This document shows positions 10,322 through 18,703 of a stretch of DNA of 64,000 nucleotides, one piece after another. The translations under genes were made by a program, and so were the position numbers. The stretch covers positions 1 through 64,000 of the forward strand of contig JBJHCF010000010.1 of the NCBI GenBank assembly GCA_050506795.1. Reading direction: 5' to 3'. The notes below the pieces were generated by a model. That model searched no databases and had not been told where the DNA came from. It was given only the letters and a program-made list of their open reading frames with translations. Origin of the DNA: Opitutia bacterium. GTDB taxonomy: Bacteria > Verrucomicrobiota > Verrucomicrobiia > Opitutales > T3Sed10-336. Position 1 is the stretch's first letter. Each line of letters starts with the position of its first letter.

Positions 10322-10405
10322 CCAAGGCGGCATTTCCGGTTTACCGTCCTACAGTCGTCCTGGCTTACTTGCCTGACCATTAGAGTCGTGGCATAGTGCG
10401 CACTG

Positions 10406-11395
10406 ATGAAATCTGTATATCTTATAATAGGACTGTTCCTGATGACCCTGCCTGTAAACCACCTCTCCCATGCCGGGCCGAACGACGGCGAAGAGCAAAA
10501 CGCGTTCCTGTTCTCCTATTTTCGAGGAAACGGTGAAACCGGCCTGCACCTGGCCTGGAGCCGCGACGGGTTAAACTGGACCTCCTTCAATGAAGGGCGT
10601 CCGATGCTCGCGCCGCAAGTGGGGGGTCGGCTGATGCGCGATCCGTGTATCACCCAGGGCCCCGACGGACGCTTCCACATGGTCTGGACGAGCGGCTGGT
10701 GGGAACGCAGTATCGGCGTCGCCCATTCCGACGACCTGATCAACTGGTCGGAACAGAAACTGATCCCGGTAATGGAGCATGAGGAAACGGCCCTCAATTC
10801 CTGGGCGCCGGAAATCCTTTACGATCCGGTGGAAGAAAACTTCCTCATTCACTGGGCCACCACGATTCCGGGGAAGTTTGAGCTGGAGACCGAGGAAGGG
10901 GCCGACCGAAATCCGGCGGGTGTTCCCCTGAATCATCGTATGTACTTCACCCGGACCACCGATTTCGAGAATTTCACCGAGGCGGAGATTCTGTACGAAC
11001 CGGGATTCAACAGCATCGACGCCAATATCGTTCCGGCCCGCGATCGATGGCTGATGTTTATCAAAGACGAAACCGCCGGCCCGAATCCGGAAAAGAACAT
11101 CCGTATGGCCTGGGCCGATGCGCCCGGCGGCCCATGGGGTCCGGCCAGCGAACCGATATCCCCCGACTGGGTGGAAGGCCCGACGGCGTTGAAGATCGAT
11201 GGAACCTGGTATGTGTACTACGACGCCTACACCCGGGGACGGTTTGAAGGGGTGCGGTCGGATGACCTCGAAAACTGGGAAAACATCACGGACCAACTCA
11301 ACTTCCCTCGCGGCGCGCGACACGGCACCGCCTTCGAAGTCGATCCGGATGTGCTGGAACGCCTCCTTGAATGGGACCGGTCCCGCGGCAACTGA
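10406..11395 (+). CDS. Secreted GH43 glycoside hydrolase
   Basis: Signal peptide; MRDP, WAPE, SIDA, VEGP, RHGT beta-propeller motifs. Confidence 0.85.
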   Translation: MKSVYLIIGLFLMTLPVNHLSHAGPNDGEEQNAFLFSYFRGNGETGLHLAWSRDGLNWTSFNEGRPMLAPQVGGRLMRDPCITQGPDGRFHMVWTSGWWERSIGVAHSDDLINWSEQKLIPVMEHEETALNSWAPEILYDPVEENFLIHWATTIPGKFELETEEGADRNPAGVPLNHRMYFTRTTDFENFTEAEILYEPGFNSIDANIVPARDRWLMFIKDETAGPNPEKNIRMAWADAPGGPWGPASEPISPDWVEGPTALKIDGTWYVYYDAYTRGRFEGVRSDDLENWENITDQLNFPRGARHGTAFEVDPDVLERLLEWDRSRGN

Positions 11396-11455
11396 GCGGG
11401 GAAGTTTGATATCTGAAATTCAAAATCTGAAATGACCCAGCCGAAGGCTGACACA

Positions 11456-12724
11456 ATGAAAAAGTCGTCTCTATTTATTTCTCTATGTCTAATCGCCGGC
11501 TTTTCGCTCGGCGCCAACGCACAGGTCGAGGGGGTGCTGGACGGCATGCCCGATCCCTCGATTATTCGCGACGACGACGGTCGCTTCTACATCTTCGCCA
11601 CCGGCGAGGGGCTTCCCATCTATCGCTCCGACGATCTGGTGGAATGGGAGGAAATCGATCGGGTTTTCGACGAACCGGTCCCGCCCTGGGCGCGGGAAGC
11701 GATTCCCGGAACGGAAGGCATCTGGGCGCCGGAAATCGGACGGATAAACGACCGCTTCTACGTTTACTACAGCGTTTCCACCTTCGGAAGTCAGCGCAGC
11801 GTTATCGGGGTGGCGGTCAGCGACGCCCTCGATCCGGATTCGCCCGACTACGGCTGGGAGGATCTCGGCCTGGTCATCGAATCCTTCCCCAGGGAGGATC
11901 CCTTCAATGCGATCGACGCGGCCCCTTTCCAGGACGAGGACGGCCGAGCCTACATGGTGTGGGGTTCCTATAATATCGGCATCATGCTCACCGAACTGGA
12001 TCCGGAAACCGGTAAAATCCTCGAGGGCGCCGAATACGAACACGTGGCGTCCCACCCTGGCGGCTACTGGAGCGCCATTGAAGCCCCCTACATGACCCGC
12101 CGGGGAGACTACTATTACCTCTGGGTCTCCTGGGATTGGTGCTGCGGCGGCGCCGAAAGCACCTACAAAGTCATGGTGGGCCGTTCCGAGAACCCCACCG
12201 GTCCTTTCCTCGACCACCGGGGGCGCGATATGATCGAAGGCGGCGGCACCCTGGTCGTGGCAAACAACGACAACTGGCGGGGCACCGGGCACAATTCGGT
12301 GGTGAAAACCGACGACGGCGACTGGATCGCCCACCACACCTACGACACCAGGCGCCTCCACCTGCACCGTATTCAACAGGTGCGTCCTCTCTACTGGTGT
12401 GACGAAGGCTGGCCTGTCGCCGGCGAACCCGTGAGCGAAACCAATCCGATGGCATTGGGCCCGGTTGAGGTCTCGGCGGAAGATCTTCACGGGAGTTGGC
12501 GCATTTCGGTCGACTACGAAGAACGGGAAATCATCGATCTCCTGCCCGGTGGACGCATCGCCTTCGACCGGGATTCATCCTGGAGGTTGAACGACGGCAT
12601 TCTGACCCTCATGCGGCCGGAAAGCGACGCTACCTGCTTCGTCGAACACAATGGAGTATCGTTTATCGGGCGCAACGGCGCCGGAGAGGTCGTACGCGGG
12701 ATCAAGATCAACCCGTTGGATTAA
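11456..12724 (+). CDS. Secreted GH43 endo-1,5-alpha-L-arabinanase-like enzyme
   Basis: Signal peptide; PDPS, IWAPE, YYSVSTFGSQRS, NAIDA, IEAP, WDWCCGG..STYK, GTGHNS. Confidence 0.85.
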   Translation: MKKSSLFISLCLIAGFSLGANAQVEGVLDGMPDPSIIRDDDGRFYIFATGEGLPIYRSDDLVEWEEIDRVFDEPVPPWAREAIPGTEGIWAPEIGRINDRFYVYYSVSTFGSQRSVIGVAVSDALDPDSPDYGWEDLGLVIESFPREDPFNAIDAAPFQDEDGRAYMVWGSYNIGIMLTELDPETGKILEGAEYEHVASHPGGYWSAIEAPYMTRRGDYYYLWVSWDWCCGGAESTYKVMVGRSENPTGPFLDHRGRDMIEGGGTLVVANNDNWRGTGHNSVVKTDDGDWIAHHTYDTRRLHLHRIQQVRPLYWCDEGWPVAGEPVSETNPMALGPVEVSAEDLHGSWRISVDYEEREIIDLLPGGRIAFDRDSSWRLNDGILTLMRPESDATCFVEHNGVSFIGRNGAGEVVRGIKINPLD

Positions 12725-12776
12725 AATCGTCCCATCGATCGACGCTCTTGCAGGCGTCGCTACGGATTTCGGGACC

Positions 12777-12818
12777 AAAAAAAGCGCCATCCTCCAGTTT
12801 CGGAGGATGGCGCTTTTT
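12777..12818. terminator. Bidirectional rho-independent terminator
   Basis: aaaaagcgccatcctcc-agtttc-ggaggatggcgcttttt between convergent genes. Confidence 0.85.
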
Positions 12819-12868
12819 AACTCTGTTCGACGGTCCGCCGCCTTCGGCAGGGACCGCCACCGCGCCGC

Positions 12869-15800
12869 TTACTCGGCAATGCTCACCGACAACCGCAGGA
12901 ACCGGCTGCCGTCGGGACTCACCGGCACCGTGTCGGTGTAGGTCACACTTCCTTCGCTGGCAAACGATCCGTAGCTGTACACTTCCTGCCAGCCTTCGTT
13001 CAGGTTGTCGCTCGCCTCGATCGCGTACCGCAATGCCGGATCGGCGATGTGACTGAAGCTCAGCGTCAGATAATCTCCCGACCGACCAAGATTCACCGAC
13101 CCGTGCGCCGAGCCCGCCACCGTCGGATCCGTGCCCAGCGCGTACTCCATCAGGTTCTTGAAGCCGTCCCCGTCGAAGTCCGCCCTGTTCGCCGCAGGCC
13201 CTTCATTGGCGCTCGTACCAAAATACTCCTGGCGCCACTCCGCGATCCCTTCCGGCTCCAGCGCCTCCCCCGCATCGGTCAAACGCACCTGGAAGCCGTT
13301 CATCGCGTTCAAACCCGGGATCCCGGCCACCGGACCCACCGTCCAGCTCAAGGTCCCGTTCGCCGCAATCCGCGCCTCGAAGCTCGCGAGCGCGAACTCG
13401 TTATAACGCACTTCCCGGCCTTCCTGCGCCGTCTCCGTTGCTATCGGGGACTGCCCGAGGTGATCGTTCGCCTCCGCCAGCGTCACCGTCGCCACGTCGT
13501 TCCGATCCTGCGACAGATCAAAGGTGCTTTGCGGACCCAGCGCGTACACCACCAGCGTCACCTCGCGACCCGCAAACGCCGTCAACCCTCCCAGGGTCAG
13601 CGTCATTTCTCCGTCGCCTTCGGTGAAAATGTAGTCGCGCAACAATGACGACGAATAGGTCGGAGTCGTCTCCAGCCCGCCGCCGCTCGGCACGTCCTCC
13701 GCGCCGCCGGCCCCGCTCACCGCAAAGGTCACTCCCGTCAGAGGGCGCCCGCGCGCGTCCAACAGACCGCTGTAATTGCTGGTTCCGCCGGCTCCCGCCA
13801 ACGCATTCCAGAAGCTGTCCCCTTCTCCGATCTCCATCGGATTCGCCCCCTCGTTGGCCGGGTACACGAACTCCACCAGCCCGCTCTCGCGCAAGCGACC
13901 GTGACCCGCCATCTGCTCGTGCGTACCCACGTTCACGTCCACGCTCAAAAGCACCGGACCCGCCTCATCGGCCACCAGCAGGGAGAAAGCCACCGTCCGG
14001 CTGCTCGTCCCCAGACTCGAATTGTCCGTGATCACCAACTCGTACTCTCCCGAGTGCCCCGAACTCGCCGGATTCAGCGTCAAGGTCGCCCCGGTCTCCC
14101 CTCCCAGGTTGCTCCCGTTGCGACGCCACTGGTAACTCAGGCTGCCGCCTTCGTTCTGCGATTGCGCCTGCACCGTCAGATCCAACCGCTCTCCTCCCGG
14201 CACGAACTGATCCGAGGGACGCGACGTAATGATCGGAGGATACGCCGTACCGGCCGGCGTCGTGTCGATGATCGACACCGCCGCGATTCCCCCGAGATTC
14301 CCCCCCTCCACGTCCTGGTGGGTGATCGTGAACGATCCTCCGCTGACCCCGGCAAAACGCACAAACGTCGCCGGTTCCGATTGCTCCGCCTCCTCCTGTG
14401 TCGTCGCCGTCGATTGCCTGAAGGGCAGGAACGGCATCGGCGGATTGCCGCTGTAGTTCCGCATGTAAAGCGTGCTATCCGCTCCCCCAGCATCGGTCAG
14501 CGTCAGGCTGCGAATCCATTCACCCGAAGGACCTTCTACTCCCATCGGGTAGACATAAACATCGTAGCTCGCGTACGGGATCTCCGAAAAACTCACGCTC
14601 GAACCGCCCCGCCCCTCGATATATCCGTGGAAAAGACGCTGGTTGGCGTCCTTGTCCTGCAGCGCTCCACCGGCGGTGCGCGCAGCCCAGGTGTTGGCCG
14701 AACTCCAGGTCGCCCGCGCCACGTTCGTCACTCCGGTGTTCTCGGAGAGCGCCATCGGGATGGTGCGGGTGGCCACCCCGCTCTGGGCGGCGGAATTGTT
14801 CCAGTTGCCCACCGCCAGCACTCCGGCGGTCTCGCCCGGGGCGATCACTCCCAGTTCGTCGGACCAGGTGGTGCCGCTGGTCGAGGTTCCCACGAAGTTC
14901 AAACTGATGGCGCGCTCGGGCGCCGGCGCATCCAGGGTCGAGAGCGCCGCGGTCAAGGTCACGCTCAGAGGATCGAATCCATCCTGAGTGGCCGCGTCAT
15001 CGGTAACAGTCACCGAATAGACCCCGCCACTGGAGGCGTCCACGACGCCCAGGTCCAGCACATTGCCGGTTTCCGGCAACACGACATCATCTTTTCGCCA
15101 TTCGTAGGTGAGCGCTCCGACTCCTTCGGCGATAACCTCAAAGGAGAACTCGTCTCCCTCGCGCACCGTCACGTCGGCGATTCCTTGAATAATCGTCGGT
15201 TCGGGATAGGAAACCGACAGGCTTGCGGCCTCGCTGGCTACGCCCGTGGAAGAAGCGGTGGCAATCACCCGATAAAGATTGCCGTTATCCGCATAGATCA
15301 ACGATTCAGTGGTAAAAGTTTCCTCCGTGGCTCCGGTAATCTCACTCCAGGTTTCCCCGCCATCGGTCGAGACCTCCCATTGGTAGGACGGTGCCGGGTC
15401 GCTGTAGGCAAACGCGCTGAAAGTCACCTCGCCTCCGACAAACCCTTCGGCGTCGGACGGGTGTTCGATAAAACGAGGTTCACTCGGATCGATTACCTCC
15501 AACACCCCGGTGACTTCACTGAAGGCATAGGACCCGGAGATCCAAAGAGGTCCAACATTGCTGAACCCATCGACCTGAAAGCTGTCGCCGTAGGTGACAT
15601 TCAGGCTGGCGGAATCGACGATCTGCCAGGAGTCCCCAACATCGCTCCCGGCGTTATCGAGATCGAAGACCAAGCGACCGTTGAGGGACAGCGTTTCGTT
15701 CGCCGTTCCCGAAATACCGTTGGTGGCGCCATCCGCACCCGGAGCAAACACCAGGTACGCATCCTCGTCCAGGATCAGAATGGCCGAATTCGACAACAGG

Positions 15801-17566
15801 ATATTCCCCCGGAAATCGTTACCGGGAAGGGAAAACATGGTGGTGGCGTAGCCGTGCCCCTGGGCGGAACGGATATTGAGATCACCGGTGCCGCTCAAAG
15901 TGGACGCGATGGTAATCGGGCCCTGGCGGGAATCGATAATACCGCCTCCGGCCGCGATCGTAAGGCCGCCCTCCAGTTGGAAATGATCCAGCGAGCCATC
16001 GATGTGTTCAATCATGCCGCCGTCGAGAATGAGATCGTCGACCGTGATAACGATGGTACCGGCCGCTCCTTTGTAGGAGAAGAGCCCCCCTCCGGTCACC
16101 CGCAGCGAATCTCCCCCAAAGGTGAGATCCTCCGTATTGCCTTCCGGGATACGAATTCGATACGGTCCGGTGAAATAGTCTTTGCCCGAACCCGGCGCCT
16201 GCCCGTCACTCCAGTTCAAGCCGGTGGTGAAGGAAGAATCGCCGAAGGCGTCATCGGCATTGAGGAACACCGCTGTGGCGGGATTGTAAACCGTCAGGAC
16301 CGCGGACAGGGTCACGCCGGTCGGCTCCCGTCCCTCCGCCGTGGCGGCGTCGTCTTCGATACGCACGGAGTAGACCCCTGCGTCAACAGACTGAACATTG
16401 GTCAGGCTCAACGAGCTTCCGGTCCCGATCACGGCACCGTCCTTTTCCCACTGGTACGAAATCGTCCCCAGTCCGGTGGCGGAGGCGGTAAAGGTGTGGT
16501 TGGCGCCCGTTGCCACCAAAGCATCCGCGGGCTCGGCGGTCACATTGGGTAGCGGGAAATCCACCGACAACAACGCTTCCTCACTGAAAACCAGCTGATC
16601 GCCACTCTCGACGCGCACACGGTAAAGGTTTCCGTCCTCGCCGATGGAAACCGATCCGATGCTGTACGTCGTTGAAGTCGCGCCGGAAATTTCGTTCCAG
16701 GAATCTCCCCCGTCGGTGGAAACCAGCCATTGATAACTGCGCTGGGCAGCTCCGCCAATCGCGACCACGCTGAAGGAAACTTCATCGTTCACCAGCGCGG
16801 CTACGTTCGACGGCTGCTGGGTAATGACAATCTCCTCCGGCTCCTCCACCGGATTGGTGGTATTGGAACCGGAAGCGTAATGGACATCGTCAATGCTCAG
16901 GGGAAGCGACCCCGCATTTCCCACCAGCAACATGGAAACCAGCGACGACGCGGGTTCCCGAAACACGATATTGCTGGTTATGAGCTCACCGTCATCAAAA
17001 TCCCGGGAGAAATAGAGGTCCCAGGTGCCGGCGGACATATTGACCACCATCCAGAGATTGTACCACTCCCCCGCCACAAGGTCGGTGACGTGGTCGACAA
17101 AGCTCCCGGCATTCCGAACCCCAAGGCGAATGCCGGCATCGGTGGGAGCGCGAAGAGCCGCTTGCACCCGGTAGTTACCGAAACCGGTGGGCGCTTCCGC
17201 GTTGCTCAAACCAAGCGAGTTGTCCACCCCGGTGGAATTGGCGCGAAAACGCAGGAAAAAGGTCGAAGTGCCCGAACTGCCTAAGGAAAATTCACCCAGA
17301 GCGCGATAAGCTCCCTGGGAACCGCCGGCGCCGTAGGTCAGAAAGCGGTTTCCCGCCTGCTCTTGAATCGCGGAGTTCGCGGTGCTGCCGATGGCCGTCC
17401 AGACGCCGCCGGTCGCCTCGGCCAGGGCCCCCGGTTCATACGCCTGAAAATCATCGACTACCTCGAACTGGGCCGAGAGAGACGATGCAATCAGCGCGCC
17501 GGCGAAAGGAAGCGCAGCCAGGCCGCGCGATCCAGGGAATTTGAATGGTGAGTACATGAGTTTCAT
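12869..17566 (-). CDS. Large secreted multi-Ig-domain surface protein
   Basis: Signal peptide; about 5 Ig-like repeats (SYQW...GATS...D.G.Y); passenger-like glycine-rich region; D-x-DGDG-x-x-N-x-x-EY-x-x-GTDP motif near the C-terminus; ATG at 17566 preferred. Confidence 0.8.
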   Translation of the reverse strand: MKLMYSPFKFPGSRGLAALPFAGALIASSLSAQFEVVDDFQAYEPGALAEATGGVWTAIGSTANSAIQEQAGNRFLTYGAGGSQGAYRALGEFSLGSSGTSTFFLRFRANSTGVDNSLGLSNAEAPTGFGNYRVQAALRAPTDAGIRLGVRNAGSFVDHVTDLVAGEWYNLWMVVNMSAGTWDLYFSRDFDDGELITSNIVFREPASSLVSMLLVGNAGSLPLSIDDVHYASGSNTTNPVEEPEEIVITQQPSNVAALVNDEVSFSVVAIGGAAQRSYQWLVSTDGGDSWNEISGATSTTYSIGSVSIGEDGNLYRVRVESGDQLVFSEEALLSVDFPLPNVTAEPADALVATGANHTFTASATGLGTISYQWEKDGAVIGTGSSLSLTNVQSVDAGVYSVRIEDDAATAEGREPTGVTLSAVLTVYNPATAVFLNADDAFGDSSFTTGLNWSDGQAPGSGKDYFTGPYRIRIPEGNTEDLTFGGDSLRVTGGGLFSYKGAAGTIVITVDDLILDGGMIEHIDGSLDHFQLEGGLTIAAGGGIIDSRQGPITIASTLSGTGDLNIRSAQGHGYATTMFSLPGNDFRGNILLSNSAILILDEDAYLVFAPGADGATNGISGTANETLSLNGRLVFDLDNAGSDVGDSWQIVDSASLNVTYGDSFQVDGFSNVGPLWISGSYAFSEVTGVLEVIDPSEPRFIEHPSDAEGFVGGEVTFSAFAYSDPAPSYQWEVSTDGGETWSEITGATEETFTTESLIYADNGNLYRVIATASSTGVASEAASLSVSYPEPTIIQGIADVTVREGDEFSFEVIAEGVGALTYEWRKDDVVLPETGNVLDLGVVDASSGGVYSVTVTDDAATQDGFDPLSVTLTAALSTLDAPAPERAISLNFVGTSTSGTTWSDELGVIAPGETAGVLAVGNWNNSAAQSGVATRTIPMALSENTGVTNVARATWSSANTWAARTAGGALQDKDANQRLFHGYIEGRGGSSVSFSEIPYASYDVYVYPMGVEGPSGEWIRSLTLTDAGGADSTLYMRNYSGNPPMPFLPFRQSTATTQEEAEQSEPATFVRFAGVSGGSFTITHQDVEGGNLGGIAAVSIIDTTPAGTAYPPIITSRPSDQFVPGGERLDLTVQAQSQNEGGSLSYQWRRNGSNLGGETGATLTLNPASSGHSGEYELVITDNSSLGTSSRTVAFSLLVADEAGPVLLSVDVNVGTHEQMAGHGRLRESGLVEFVYPANEGANPMEIGEGDSFWNALAGAGGTSNYSGLLDARGRPLTGVTFAVSGAGGAEDVPSGGGLETTPTYSSSLLRDYIFTEGDGEMTLTLGGLTAFAGREVTLVVYALGPQSTFDLSQDRNDVATVTLAEANDHLGQSPIATETAQEGREVRYNEFALASFEARIAANGTLSWTVGPVAGIPGLNAMNGFQVRLTDAGEALEPEGIAEWRQEYFGTSANEGPAANRADFDGDGFKNLMEYALGTDPTVAGSAHGSVNLGRSGDYLTLSFSHIADPALRYAIEASDNLNEGWQEVYSYGSFASEGSVTYTDTVPVSPDGSRFLRLSVSIAE

Positions 17567-17636
17567 TTTCGATGAATGATATTTAAGAGGTCTTATTGCA
17601 GCGCCGGGGCATCCCAGGCGCACGGAACGGAAAACA

Positions 17637-17680
17637 AGAAAACGCTCGCCCGAAAAACACCGGACGAGCGTCGAAAAAAG
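17637..17680 (-). terminator. Putative terminator/attenuator hairpin after the prepilin gene
   Basis: acgctcgtccg-gtgttttt-cgggcgagcgt followed by a T-run on the minus strand. Confidence 0.5.
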
Positions 17681-17683
17681 TGA

Positions 17684-18424
17684 TTACGGTCTGCGCTGCC
17701 AATAGAAGTTTGGTCCTCCTGAAGAACCGGGTTCGGTCGACATTTCGGAAAACGACCGCCACCGTACACTGCCGTCAAGGAATGCGATGTTGCCCCCCGC
17801 CGGAGTGGTGCCGGAACCGCCCTCAATGTGGTTGGCCCTCCAGGTCACGCCTGGGAAAACGCTGCTCGGAGTCGGATCCAGAACCGCGTCGACCACCAGT
17901 TCGCGCTCGGTCTCAGACAAATAAACCATCTGCCCGGCCGAACCTCCGCGGCCACTCGCCTGCTGAGGAGGAGGCTCGCCGAGACGCCGGTTCCAGTGAC
18001 GCTCGGCGACCGCCGGAGAGCCGTGGAACAACATCACGTACCCAATGGTGCGGTACTGGTCGGAAAGATCCCACATGTCGCCCCGATGTTCGGCCTGCCC
18101 GGACGGGCAGAAAAACATGTCCCTCTCGCCACCGCCGGTGGCGATCAGAGCGTTCATCGCCGACATGGGAGCGTCCCACGCCCAGAATCCGCTGCCCGCC
18201 ATGGAAGGCAGGCGATTGTCGTTCTCGGCCGCATAAAGGTGAGCCGCCAGGGCGATCTGCCGGGTATTGCTGGTGCAGTTGGCCCGGCGCGCGCTTTCCC
18301 TAACCGTGGAAACAACCGGAACCAGGATCGCGGCGAGAATGCCGATGATCGCAATAACCGTGAGCAGCTCGATCAGGGTGAATCCTGCGGGCTTTTCTGG
18401 TGTGGATAATGACTTTGAATTCAT
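17684..18424 (-). CDS. Prepilin-type N-terminal cleavage/methylation protein with H-X9-DG-like motif
   Basis: [28 protein letters not shown]-terminal NH...[11 protein letters not shown]. Confidence 0.9.
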   Translation of the reverse strand: MNSKSLSTPEKPAGFTLIELLTVIAIIGILAAILVPVVSTVRESARRANCTSNTRQIALAAHLYAAENDNRLPSMAGSGFWAWDAPMSAMNALIATGGGERDMFFCPSGQAEHRGDMWDLSDQYRTIGYVMLFHGSPAVAERHWNRRLGEPPPQQASGRGGSAGQMVYLSETERELVVDAVLDPTPSSVFPGVTWRANHIEGGSGTTPAGGNIAFLDGSVRWRSFSEMSTEPGSSGGPNFYWQRRP

Positions 18425-18703
18425 GACTGACGTAGAATAAGGTTACCGGTCGAAAGGAAGCGGATCGATGAACCTTCCGGCGCTCGGTCCCGCGATCCCC
18501 TCGGCTTATTACCATCGCTACTATGGGGGAAATCCGCAAAGACCTCGGAAACTTGTATTGTTGAAGAACCCCGGAGATTGTGGTCGTCAGCCTGCAATTC
18601 ACCGCTAAACAACTGAACTCAGCGCCCCCTTCGGTTGACACCGTGCCGGGCGACTTGTATCGTTGACATATTCGGGCCGAAGTCTCGGTTTGATCCAATC
18701 ACC

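Noticed and set aside
13901..16552. 883-aa plus-strand ORF
   Set aside because: Antisense shadow of the Ig-repeat gene; Arg/His-rich with no motifs, typical of GC-rich DNA.
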